A stretch of 12,950 nt of DNA. It comes from Candidatus Woesearchaeota archaeon. GTDB taxonomy: Archaea > Nanobdellota > Nanobdellia > SCGC-AAA011-G17 > PNOQ01. Every line of letters starts with the position of its first letter. Positions within the stretch are counted from its first letter, which is position 1. Shown one piece after another: positions 1 through 8,007 of the stretch. A program made the position numbers and the translations under genes. The notes beneath the pieces were generated by a model, which was not told the DNA's origin, did no database searches, and saw only the letters and a program-made list of their open reading frames with translations. Where the stretch lies: assembly GCA_043812195.1 (NCBI GenBank), contig JBDRML010000037.1, forward strand, positions 1 to 12,950. The letters run 5' to 3'.

Positions 1-78
1 AGCAGGTTCTTTATCAGTTGGTTCTTCTGCAGGTTCTTCAGTGTCTTCTTCTTCATCCATTTTTTCAAATTCATCCAT
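1..78 (-). CDS. partial CDS, N-terminal 26 codons only (MDEFEKMDEEEDTEEPAEEPTDKEPA...), continues beyond window start; unknown acidic protein
   Basis: ATG at 78-76 on the minus strand. A GGAGGTG motif (complement of 86-92) lies 7 nt upstream. The frame stays open to position 1. It is too short to appear in the ORF track. Confidence 0.35.
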   Translation of the reverse strand, partial: MDEFEKMDEEEDTEEPAEEPTDKEPA

Positions 79-171
79 TTAAATGCACCTCCAAAGTGTA
101 CATTTTGAGAGGAAATTCCTTTTATAAAGATTATTGTTCTACAGAAAAAATTGAGTTTATTTATAAAGGGT

Positions 172-1083
172 TTATAAATTAAAAGCTGAAATAATTAGGG
201 GAAATGCTATTGTAGCATCACAAATTACATCTACAAAGTCTGCTTTTGGGTTCATTTTGCCCCAAGAGATACCTTCTTGCAATGGTGCGCCTGAAGATCC
301 TCCTGATTCTGGTCTGTCTGTTGTTATTTGAATTCCATAGCTTGCTCCTTTTGTTAATTGCATGGCTTGCTGAATATAATTTTTGGGAACTCCTCCTCCG
401 ATGTATATAACTCCTGATTTCTTTGATGTCCATGATATGTCTAGAATTTCTTTTAGATCATCAAAAGTATCTACTTCTATTTTATCTCCTTTTGCAATAT
501 GGTTCCAAATCATTAAACCTATGCCTGAATCTGAGATTGCTGGGCAAAATATTGGAATTTTCTTTTCATAGCAAGTTTTTAATATTGAATTGTCTGATTC
601 TACTAAACTACCTAATTTCCATAAGAATTCTTTTATGTTTAATTTTTCTTTGCTTAATTCTTTGAAGTGTTTATCAAAGAAATCTTCTAATTTTTGATAT
701 ACTTCACTTTGCATTAAAATGTCATATATCCTATCTAGGCCTTTTTTGTTTAGTTCTTCATCATTTTCTTTTGATTCGTTTTTGTAATGATGGAATCCTA
801 ATGCTTCTATTAAATCATGAGTTAGATTAGCTCCTGTTGTGACAAATACATCAATTTTATCTTTTTTTAATAGATCTATTATTATATTTTTCATTCCTCC
901 TGGAACCATTGCTCCTGCGAATCCGAAAAAGACCTTACAATCTTTGTCTGAGAACATCTTTTGCATTATTTCTGCTGCTCTGCCTATTCTTCCTGCTCCC
1001 ATTACACCAGATTGCTGCATTTCATTTATTAATTCTGAAACTTTCATATCTGGTTTAATATCTATTTGTTTAACTGGTTTCAT
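172..1083 (-). CDS. dys: deoxyhypusine synthase
   Basis: 303-aa ORF with GAGRIGRAAEI, FFGFAGAMVPGG, TTGANLTHD, GGGVPKNY and EGISWGKM segments. The last resembles the catalytic-lysine region of deoxyhypusine synthases. Family recognition is from memory. Confidence 0.9.
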   Translation of the reverse strand: MKPVKQIDIKPDMKVSELINEMQQSGVMGAGRIGRAAEIMQKMFSDKDCKVFFGFAGAMVPGGMKNIIIDLLKKDKIDVFVTTGANLTHDLIEALGFHHYKNESKENDEELNKKGLDRIYDILMQSEVYQKLEDFFDKHFKELSKEKLNIKEFLWKLGSLVESDNSILKTCYEKKIPIFCPAISDSGIGLMIWNHIAKGDKIEVDTFDDLKEILDISWTSKKSGVIYIGGGVPKNYIQQAMQLTKGASYGIQITTDRPESGGSSGAPLQEGISWGKMNPKADFVDVICDATIAFPLIISAFNL

Positions 1084-1110
1084 AGAAAATAAAGAGAAAG
1101 AAAAGATTTA

Positions 1111-1146
1111 AAAAATGTCTTATTTCTTGGCTGGAGGCAAACTATT
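1111..1146. repeat. 36-bp perfect direct repeat, copy 1 (AAAAATGTCTTATTTCTTGGCTGGAGGCAAACTATT)
   Basis: Identical 36/36 to 1841-1876. It lies 2 nt past the stop of the 1149-1472 gene and upstream of dys. Confidence 0.95.
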
Positions 1147-1148
1147 AG

Positions 1149-1472
1149 TTAAGCTACAACTTCTTTTTTAGAAAGTGTTTTTTCTGTTTCTATCTTTGTT
1201 ATAATTTTGTCCATTTTTATTAACTCTTTAACCCATGGGTTTTTTAGGTTTAATTGGAATAGTTTTGCATTTCCTATTTTTCTTGTGTGTTGGACTATCT
1301 CATTTTTAACTAATTTAGGCCATATTTCTAAGAAAGCAGTCCATCCAACATTAGAATTTTTAGCTATTTCGGTCATTGAATAGTCCATGTCTCTAGCTAA
1401 AATTAAAAAATCTAATATCCTAATTAAGGGGTAATTTCCAAAGTATTCTACAAATACACTTTTTTCTTCCAT
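1149..1472 (-). CDS. small winged-helix DNA-binding protein (107 aa), family not assigned
   Basis: ATG-initiated ORF. The segment YSMTEIAKNSNVGWTAFLEIWPKLVKNEIV...RKIGNAKLFQLN resembles an HTH plus wing. A TATA-rich divergent intergenic region lies at 1473-1574. Confidence 0.6.
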   Translation of the reverse strand: MEEKSVFVEYFGNYPLIRILDFLILARDMDYSMTEIAKNSNVGWTAFLEIWPKLVKNEIVQHTRKIGNAKLFQLNLKNPWVKELIKMDKIITKIETEKTLSKKEVVA

Positions 1473-1574
1473 TGTAAAAAAAGAAGATTAAACAAGTATT
1501 TAAACATTTCTATTTTTGATAACTATACTTCATAAATAGAAAACTATAAATATGAGTGCTCCCTTTTAGAGTAT

Positions 1575-1829
1575 ATGGATGAAAAGCTGATTATAAAAAA
1601 ATTTATTGTAAGAAAATTATATAGACACAGGATATGGCTACATAAACATACGAATATTAATAATCTCCAAAAAGGTTTATCTGGTAAATTAAGAGTTTCT
1701 AAAGAAGTTAAAAAAGCTATAGATGATCTTCTAAAAGAACAAATACTTTTGTCTAAACCAACACATTATGGATTAGAAATAAGTTTGAACCCAAAAAAGA
1801 TAAAAGAGATTGAGGATTTAATTGATTAA
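1575..1829 (+). CDS. hypothetical small basic protein (84 aa)
   Basis: ATG at 1575 with TATAAATA at 1545-1552, about 26 nt upstream. No family was recognised. Confidence 0.5.
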   Translation: MDEKLIIKKFIVRKLYRHRIWLHKHTNINNLQKGLSGKLRVSKEVKKAIDDLLKEQILLSKPTHYGLEISLNPKKIKEIEDLID

Positions 1830-1840
1830 TTATAAAAAAG

Positions 1841-1876
1841 AAAAATGTCTTATTTCTTGGCTGGAGGCAAACTATT
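1841..1876. repeat. 36-bp perfect direct repeat, copy 2
   Basis: Identical to 1111-1146. It encodes the last 8 codons plus stop (NSLPPAKK*) of the TrmB-type gene. Confidence 0.95.
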
Positions 1877-2659
1877 CCAAGATGTCTCAAACATTTTCCC
1901 TAAAGTTTGTGCGAAATAAGGTGTATTAACCCATACTCCTACATCATAAGTTGGATGAACATCTTTATCGTCCATCATCATGAACAATACTTCTTTGCCA
2001 TCAACTATGCAGAATCTAGTGTTCATATCATTTAGATTTTTAACTTCTGCTATTTTTGATATATCTTTTATGATATGTTCTGATTCTTTATCGAATGGAG
2101 CTGCTATCCTAATTTTGACACCTTTTTTAGACATTTTCTGTAGTGTTGGAGCTAAGGCTTCAAATTTTCTTAGGATTCCTTTTGATGTTGTAGCTAGAAC
2201 TACAGATTCATTTGCTTTTTTAATCATGTATTCTAAATGTGTGTAAATATTATGTCTTCCTTTTATTGCTCCAGATAAATCAGTTGGTTCTATAAATTCA
2301 ATACCTTGTTTGTGAAGAGTATTAAGTTCATTTATGATATCTCCTGTTGAGAGGTCTTTTAATTTTGTGATGTTTTTTTCAGCATCTTCTTTTATTGACC
2401 TTTTAATTCTTGAAACAACTTCTTTAGGTTCTACTGCTAGGTATTTTATTGGCTTACCTAATTTCATTACTACAAAACCTTTTTTTTCCAAAGTTTCTAA
2501 AACATCATATGCTCTTGATCTTGGAACGTTTCCAATGTCTGAAAGTTCTCCTGCTGTTGATGTTCCTCTTGATAATAGAGCTGTCCAAATTCTAACTTCA
2601 TATAAATTTAAGTTAAAAATTTGCCTTAATTTATTTAAAAATTCTTCTTTTACAATCAT
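1850..2659 (-). CDS. TrmB-family transcriptional regulator (wHTH plus C-terminal TrmB-type domain)
   Basis: LYEVRIWTALLSRGTSTAGELSDIGNVPRSRAYDVLETLEKKGFV is a typical TrmB N-terminal wHTH. I prefer the ATG at 2659 (MIVKEEFLNKL) because GGAGG lies 7 nt upstream. The track start at 2722 is a GTG. Confidence 0.85.
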   Translation of the reverse strand: MIVKEEFLNKLRQIFNLNLYEVRIWTALLSRGTSTAGELSDIGNVPRSRAYDVLETLEKKGFVVMKLGKPIKYLAVEPKEVVSRIKRSIKEDAEKNITKLKDLSTGDIINELNTLHKQGIEFIEPTDLSGAIKGRHNIYTHLEYMIKKANESVVLATTSKGILRKFEALAPTLQKMSKKGVKIRIAAPFDKESEHIIKDISKIAEVKNLNDMNTRFCIVDGKEVLFMMMDDKDVHPTYDVGVWVNTPYFAQTLGKMFETSWNSLPPAKK

Positions 2660-2783
2660 CTTTTTTCCTCCAAGAGATGCCCCCTCTTCTTTACTACCTT
2701 TTGCCTTGAATATTTTTTTCACTGCGGTAGAACATAATCTATTGTGTAATGGTAATTCACTATTATATAAAGATTATTGTGAT

Positions 2784-4631
2784 TTATGAATTAGATTTTT
2801 GTTTTGAAGAAAATTTTTTTTGATTTTTATATATGTGTTCAATATCTTTTAGTGTGTTTAATTCTTTAGTATCTTTATCATTTCTTAATCTGAGAAATCT
2901 TGGGAACCTTAATGCATAACCTGAAGAATAAGTTGGGCTTTTTTGAATTTCTTCATAACCTACTTCAATAACTATTTTTGGTTTTAGAATTGCAACTTTT
3001 CCTTTTTGAATTTCTATTAATGGTTTTAAAATTTTTGTCATTTCTTTGTATGTCATTCCTTCTGATTTTTCTTTTAATCCAGTACTGGCTTTTCCTACTT
3101 CTAATAATTCATTTCCTGATTTGCATGCTAGTGTGTAACTTGTTAGCCACCCTGCTCTTTTTCCTTCTCCGAAATCTGCCGATACAATAGTTAAGTCTAA
3201 TGGTTCAAGAACTGGTTTTAATTTTACCCAGCCTTCTACATATCTACCTGGTTTGTATTCTGCATCTAGTTTTTTACCTATTAAACCTTCAAAACCTTCT
3301 CTTAAAACTTTTTTGTAGAATTTTTCAACTTCTTTAACTGAATCTGAAACTAATTTTTCTGTAAGTTGAACTTTGTATTTTTCTATCTTTATTATTTTTT
3401 CTAATAGTTTTCTTCTTTCTTTGAATGGTTTACCCATTAAGTTTTTTCCATTGTAAAATAAAATATCAAAGGCAAATATTTGAACTGGTAACTTCTTTAT
3501 TGTTTCTTCAATATTGTGTTTTCTTTTGATTCTTTGAGATATAGCTTGAAATGGCATTTGTGTTTTGGTTTTTGGATCATAACCTATAGCTTCTGAGTCT
3601 ATTATGAAAGAATTTCCTTTTATGTGAGTTTTAATATAATTAACAATGTCAGGGAATTGCCTTGTTACATTTTCTAGTCTTCTTGTAAATAATTTTATTT
3701 CATTACCATTTTTGTGTATTTGTAATCTAAAACCATCTATTTTAAAATCGAATAATGCTGGTTTTCCTGTTGATTTAAATGCTTCTTCAATAGTTTCTGA
3801 TTTAATTGCTAACATAGAGTTAATTGGAGTTCCTATTTTAATTTCCTGTCCTATAGATTTTAATCCATGTTTCTTTAAAGATTTAGCAACTTCTGCGAAA
3901 TCGTTTTTAACATCGAATGTTTGTTGGGTTGTTTTAATGAAGTAATTATATATTTCTCTATTTAGTTTTACATCTTCTGAATCTACCAATTTGTATTTTG
4001 TTAGGTCTTTTGATTTGATATCTTCTAGCGATTTTGGTTTTAGAATTGATTTTGTTTCTATATTTTTAGAATTTACTCCTTTGACTCTTGGGAAGTATGT
4101 CCATGTTATTGCGTCTCTTAAAACTCCTGCTGATACTCCAACTCTTAATTGTTCTATTACTGTTCTAATTATGAATTTTGATTCTTCTTCGTTTGCTGAT
4201 GTTAATAATTCTGTGACTAATTGTATTTTTCTATTGACTGTGCCTTGACCTTCTAGTGTTGCTAGTTTTCTTATATTATCAAATACTTTATCTAGTGTTA
4301 ATTTTTTAGAAAATAATGTTGTTTGGGATTTCTTTTTTGTGAGTTCTTTTGCTACTAACCCTAAATCTCCTTTTTTAGCAAATTCTTTTTCTATTTTATC
4401 TGGAGAATCTCCTGTTGCTGATGCTAGAGCTTTGATTGCGTATCTTTCTGAAAATCCTATTTTTCTTTCATCATACGCAGGGAATACTCTTCCTTCTAAC
4501 AAATAAATGACTTGATCTAATTCTGATTCTGGAGTATTTTCTAAAAGTTCTGATATGATATATGTTTTTTCTATTCTTTTTGATGTTTCTTCCAGAGCTT
4601 TGTATGCATTTACTAATTTAGAATATTCCAT
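2784..4631 (-). CDS. lig: ATP-dependent DNA ligase
   Basis: 615 aa. Contains the KIDGFR motif I (adenylation lysine), IIDSEAI, FAFDILF, EGLIGKK and WVKLKP motifs, plus the long N-terminal DNA-binding domain typical of archaeal/eukaryotic ligases. Confidence 0.95.
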   Translation of the reverse strand: MEYSKLVNAYKALEETSKRIEKTYIISELLENTPESELDQVIYLLEGRVFPAYDERKIGFSERYAIKALASATGDSPDKIEKEFAKKGDLGLVAKELTKKKSQTTLFSKKLTLDKVFDNIRKLATLEGQGTVNRKIQLVTELLTSANEEESKFIIRTVIEQLRVGVSAGVLRDAITWTYFPRVKGVNSKNIETKSILKPKSLEDIKSKDLTKYKLVDSEDVKLNREIYNYFIKTTQQTFDVKNDFAEVAKSLKKHGLKSIGQEIKIGTPINSMLAIKSETIEEAFKSTGKPALFDFKIDGFRLQIHKNGNEIKLFTRRLENVTRQFPDIVNYIKTHIKGNSFIIDSEAIGYDPKTKTQMPFQAISQRIKRKHNIEETIKKLPVQIFAFDILFYNGKNLMGKPFKERRKLLEKIIKIEKYKVQLTEKLVSDSVKEVEKFYKKVLREGFEGLIGKKLDAEYKPGRYVEGWVKLKPVLEPLDLTIVSADFGEGKRAGWLTSYTLACKSGNELLEVGKASTGLKEKSEGMTYKEMTKILKPLIEIQKGKVAILKPKIVIEVGYEEIQKSPTYSSGYALRFPRFLRLRNDKDTKELNTLKDIEHIYKNQKKFSSKQKSNS

Positions 4632-4671
4632 GGTAAGTTTTATAAGTTTGGATAGATATAAAGTTTACTAT
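4632..4671. promoter_or_regulatory. 40-bp divergent intergenic region with two interleaved TATA boxes (lig and nitroreductase)
   Basis: TTTATAAG at 4639-4646 lies about 30 nt upstream of the ATG at 4672. TTTATATC on the minus strand (complement of 4653-4660) lies about 26 nt upstream of the lig ATG at 4631. Confidence 0.45.
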
Positions 4672-5205
4672 ATGAAATTTGAGAAAGCTTTGAAAGGAAG
4701 AAGATCTATTAGAAAATTTAAAGAGAAAAAATTGAGTAAGAATTCTTTAGGTTCTATTTTAGATGCTGCGAGATATGCTCCTAGTGCTGGTAACTTACAG
4801 AATTGGAGATTTATTGTTGTTGAAGATGAAAAAACTAAAGAAAAAATTGCTAAGGCTTGTTTAGGTCAAAAATGGATGGTACGAGCTGGAGCTTTAGTTA
4901 TAGCTTGTAGTGATGATAGTGATGTTAAAAGAATTTATGGAAATAAGTCTGATTTTTATGGCAGACAAAATTGCGCTGCTGCTGTTCAAAATATGTTATT
5001 GAAAGCTTATTCTATTGGAATGTCTAGTTGTTGGGTTGGAGCATTTAATGAAGATGATATAAAAAATGCTTTGAAAATTCCTGGCGATATAAAGATAGAA
5101 GCTGTTTTGTGTTTTGGACATTCTGATGAGAAACCTAATATGCCTAAAAGAACTGATTTGAGAAATTTGGTTCATTTTGAAGAATGGGGCAATATGATGA
5201 AGTAA
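4672..5205 (+). CDS. nitroreductase-family oxidoreductase
   Basis: MKFEKALKGRRSIRKF...ARYAPSAGNLQNWRF is a typical nitroreductase N-terminus. The track start at 4555 would overlap lig by 77 nt, so the ATG at 4672 is preferred. Confidence 0.85.
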   Translation: MKFEKALKGRRSIRKFKEKKLSKNSLGSILDAARYAPSAGNLQNWRFIVVEDEKTKEKIAKACLGQKWMVRAGALVIACSDDSDVKRIYGNKSDFYGRQNCAAAVQNMLLKAYSIGMSSCWVGAFNEDDIKNALKIPGDIKIEAVLCFGHSDEKPNMPKRTDLRNLVHFEEWGNMMK

Positions 5206-6510
5206 TTATTCTGGAACTTTGTATATTGCTGAATCTATGCACGGGCCTGCTCCAACTGAAAAGAAATTTAGAACATTTCTTGGATGAATAGTAAAATCTG
5301 GCATATCTCCCTTTAAAACATCATCTAACAAAACTGGTATAGTTGCGACTGATGAGTTTCCGCGCCATGATATATTCATTGGTGTTTTTCTTTTGATTAC
5401 CTCTTTTGGAAGACCTAATCCTTCCTCTCCAAGAATTTCTGAATCTAAATAATAATTTGCTTGGTGTGCAAAAATTAAATCTATTTGCTCTTTGGTTAAG
5501 TCAGCTCTTTCTAAGCTTTCTCTGATAATTCCGGGAACATTATTAACTGCATACCTAAATAACATATTTCCTTTCATTTTTAAAAATAGATGTTCTTTGT
5601 TGGGATAGTTAGGATTACTAGATTTTCCTAAAGTAAGATATTCCCCGAATTCTGAATCTGTTCTGCTTGCATGAGATAAAATACCTTCTTTAGTTTCTCC
5701 TTTTCTGGCTTCTACCTTTACAAATCCTCCCTTATCTGCATATATCATTCTGTCTGGATCAGCTGGGTCGCTTACATCTGATAAGGTTTCTACTGCACCA
5801 GTCCCTATTTCTTTTGCTAATCCTGCTTGAATAGTATAATGTGAGAATATTAATAATTCTAGCCACCCAGGACAGCCAGATAATAAATCAAAACAAATTA
5901 GATTTGGATTTTCAATACCTGCTTTTTTCTTTACTCTTTCAGCCATGCTCTCTCTTTCATGCACAACAATTAAATAATCAAGACCTTCTGGAATATTTCT
6001 ATCTCTCTCTGATTGAGGAATAATGTATGCTTTCTTGTCATTACTTGCAAAAACCTCTTTGGCAAAATTGTACCAATTCTTATTAGCAATTACATCATAA
6101 GCAACTGTTGGAGTAGCAGAAAGTCTATCTGCTTGCATTTCTCTGAAAACTATTTGAGAAGCAATTGATGGAAGCCAATTTATTTCAGGAGTTCCAAATT
6201 TACAATCTCCAAAATCATGTGCAATACCAAAACAATCCCATAAACTAAAATTATCACCTGAATTTATTACTGCTTCAGCTCCTAAGTCTGATGCAACCTT
6301 TCCTTCTAATTTATATTCTCTTTCTTTTATTCCAGTTCTTTTATATAATTTTTCTACTCTTTTTTCAGGAGTTTTTGGATCTAGTTTATATCCCTCTCCT
6401 GATATATTTCTAATATAAAAGATACTATCATTGAAATCCTTGTTTTTAACAATTCTTCCAGGATTAGATTTTCCTGTTGCAGTTATTATAGTATTTGTAT
6501 ACTTAGGCAT
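5206..6510 (-). CDS. FabH-like (KAS III / thiolase-superfamily) condensing enzyme with extended N-terminal half
   Basis: CFDLLSGCPGW (Cys213), FAHQAN (His349) and RGNSSVATIP (Asn385) have Cys-His and His-Asn spacings close to those of FabH. IYADKGG resembles the FGDGAGA loop. Confidence 0.8.
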   Translation of the reverse strand: MPKYTNTIITATGKSNPGRIVKNKDFNDSIFYIRNISGEGYKLDPKTPEKRVEKLYKRTGIKEREYKLEGKVASDLGAEAVINSGDNFSLWDCFGIAHDFGDCKFGTPEINWLPSIASQIVFREMQADRLSATPTVAYDVIANKNWYNFAKEVFASNDKKAYIIPQSERDRNIPEGLDYLIVVHERESMAERVKKKAGIENPNLICFDLLSGCPGWLELLIFSHYTIQAGLAKEIGTGAVETLSDVSDPADPDRMIYADKGGFVKVEARKGETKEGILSHASRTDSEFGEYLTLGKSSNPNYPNKEHLFLKMKGNMLFRYAVNNVPGIIRESLERADLTKEQIDLIFAHQANYYLDSEILGEEGLGLPKEVIKRKTPMNISWRGNSSVATIPVLLDDVLKGDMPDFTIHPRNVLNFFSVGAGPCIDSAIYKVPE

Positions 6511-6574
6511 TTAAATTGAGAGTTTTGAATAGTTTATATATTTTATCTTATCAAAAAGTTTTGTAAAAATTAAA

Positions 6575-6600
6575 GGAAAAAGAAGATCACCTCTTTTTCC
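6575..6600 (-). terminator. hairpin (9-bp stem, 8-nt loop containing GATCACC) followed on the minus strand by a T-rich tract
   Basis: 6575-6583 GGAAAAAGA pairs with 6592-6600 TCTTTTTCC. It lies downstream of ftsZ, after the first hairpin. Confidence 0.4.
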
Positions 6601-6609
6601 CAAAAAAAT

Positions 6610-6662
6610 AAGTGAATGAGCGACGGCTTTGGGGGGTTAAAGAATGTTCAACTCATTCACTT
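6610..6662 (-). terminator. ftsZ 3-prime hairpin (11-bp perfect stem, 31-nt GC-rich loop) followed by T7 on the minus strand
   Basis: 6610-6620 AAGTGAATGAG pairs with 6652-6662 CTCATTCACTT. The ftsZ stop codon (6657-6659) lies inside the stem. The minus-strand transcript continues ATTTTTTTG. Confidence 0.5.
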
Positions 6663-7736
6663 GAGCATGTCAATTCCCAGTTCTCTTTCCATTCTAACTG
6701 ATTCTTGTATTTTCTCTTTTAATCTATCTACTTTCCCTAGAACGTAAGGAGAGGTAACTCCTGTAATTATAGTCATTACACGTATTTTACCATCCATACC
6801 TGGTTCTATTCTAGCACCCCAAATAACATTTGCATCTGGGTCTAGGGATTTTGTAACCATTTCTCCTATTTTATTTATATCATCTAATAACATGTCTTCT
6901 CCACCTGTAACATGTATTAATGCGCCTGTTGCACCCTCATAATTAATTTCAAGCAATGGGTTTGTTAGAGCTCTATGAACTGCTTCTTCTACTCTTCCTG
7001 CAGTATTAGATTCTCCTATACCTATAGCAGATACGCCACCATCTGACATGATTGCTTTTACATCTGCGTAATCTAGATTAACTAAGCTTGGTACAGCAAT
7101 AATTTCAACGATTCCTTTAATCATTGTTGAAATTAACTCGTTTGCTACTGCAAATGCTTGTTTTATAGGTAAATTTCCAGCTAGATTCACTAACCTGTTA
7201 TTATCTATAACTATTACAGTGTCACAAACTTGTCTTAATTGTTGTAGGCCGAATTCAGCTTTGTCTACTCTTGCTTTTTCTATATTGAAAGGCATTGTTA
7301 CTGTTCCTATAACTATGGCTCCTTGCTCTTTAGCAATTTGAGCAACTATTGGTGCAGATCCAGTTCCTGTTCCTCCACCCATTCCTGCGCAAATAAATAC
7401 CATATCAGCTTTGCTGACAACTTCCTTTAGCTCAGAAATATTTTCTTTAGCAGAATCTCTTCCTTTGTCTAAAAATCCACCACAACCTAGACCTCTTGTT
7501 AATTCTCTTCCGATTAAGATTTTATGATCTGAAGAAGAAATATCTAAGTGTTGTTTGTCTGTGTTAACAGCAGTAATCTCTGCTCCTTTAACTCCTTTCT
7601 TGTATAACCAAGAAACCATATTATTTCCTGCACCACCCAAGCCTAGAACTTTTATTTTAGCTTGACCGATGTTTAGGTCCTCATAATTTGTGTCTTGTTC
7701 TACATTTTTCAATGCATCTTGTATGATAAATTCCAT
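6657..7736 (-). CDS. ftsZ: cell division GTPase FtsZ
   Basis: GLGGAGNN and the [10 protein letters not shown] tubulin/FtsZ signature, with length and domain order typical of FtsZ. Confidence 0.97.
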   Translation of the reverse strand: MEFIIQDALKNVEQDTNYEDLNIGQAKIKVLGLGGAGNNMVSWLYKKGVKGAEITAVNTDKQHLDISSSDHKILIGRELTRGLGCGGFLDKGRDSAKENISELKEVVSKADMVFICAGMGGGTGTGSAPIVAQIAKEQGAIVIGTVTMPFNIEKARVDKAEFGLQQLRQVCDTVIVIDNNRLVNLAGNLPIKQAFAVANELISTMIKGIVEIIAVPSLVNLDYADVKAIMSDGGVSAIGIGESNTAGRVEEAVHRALTNPLLEINYEGATGALIHVTGGEDMLLDDINKIGEMVTKSLDPDANVIWGARIEPGMDGKIRVMTIITGVTSPYVLGKVDRLKEKIQESVRMERELGIDMLK

Positions 7737-7812
7737 TTTTTTCTTAAGCCCCCTTTTGCTTTTTTATATTTTACACCACAATAATTTTTATATAGGTGCT
7801 TTATTATTATTT

Positions 7813-7847
7813 CCTCTAGAAAAAGTTACTGATCGCCAAATTAGAGG
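7813..7847. other. hairpin presenting GATCGCCAAA in its loop (copy 1)
   Basis: CCTCTA at 7813-7818 pairs with TAGAGG at 7842-7847. The loop contains GATCGCCAAA at 7831-7840. It is followed by CTTTTTC, and TAAGACCAATT lies at 7869-7879. Confidence 0.4.
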
Positions 7848-7898
7848 CTTTTTCAAGATAAAACTAACTAAGACCAATTGAGAATACATGTACGTTTA

Positions 7899-7926
7899 TC
7901 ATTTCAGATCGCCAAAAATGAAATGA
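7899..7926. other. hairpin presenting GATCGCCAAA in its loop (copy 2)
   Basis: TCATTTCA at 7899-7906 pairs with TGAAATGA at 7919-7926 (8/8). The loop at 7907-7918 is GATCGCCAAAAA. TAAGACCTATT follows at 7932-7942. Confidence 0.45.
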
Positions 7927-8007
7927 AGTGTTAAGACCTATTTCTATTTTATTATAGTATCATATATAAAGATTTTTGAACTAGAAAGTATATTTTTAAG
8001 GATATAA

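Noticed and set aside
218-1111. Track ORFs 218-433(-), 383-571(+), 423-665(+) and 839-1111(+)
   Set aside because: All lie inside or antisense to the confidently identified deoxyhypusine synthase gene. Their low-complexity Leu/Ile/Phe/Ser-rich translations are typical of shadow frames in AT-rich DNA.
1120-1172. Programmed -1 frameshift extending the 107-aa wHTH protein into the repeat-encoded NSLPPAKK tail
   Set aside because: A -1 shift on the A6 run (complement of 1164-1169) would read RSCSLTNSLPPAKK-stop. However, the run is preceded by T, so it is not a canonical X XXY YYZ heptamer, and no stimulatory structure is evident. The repeat is better explained as an att-like or duplication junction.
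2660-2722. Upstream start of the TrmB-type gene at 2722
   Set aside because: The codon at 2722 is GTG. The added 21 residues are low-complexity, and the internal ATG at 2659 has GGAGG 7 nt upstream.
1980-4248. Track ORFs 1980-2246(+), 2334-2789(+), 2978-3190(+), 3646-3945(+) and 3991-4248(+)
   Set aside because: They are antisense shadow ORFs within the TrmB-type and DNA ligase genes, with no recognisable motifs and a hydrophobic low-complexity composition.
4555-4671. Long form of the nitroreductase ORF starting at 4555
   Set aside because: It would overlap the lig coding region by 77 nt on the opposite strand. The extra N-terminus is hydrophobic, as expected for antisense translation. The conserved nitroreductase N-terminus begins at the ATG at 4672.
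7800-7945. C/D box sRNA in the ftsZ upstream region
   Set aside because: CTGA and ATGA-like strings are present, but there is no proper RUGAUGA C box paired with a CUGA D box at appropriate spacing on either strand.
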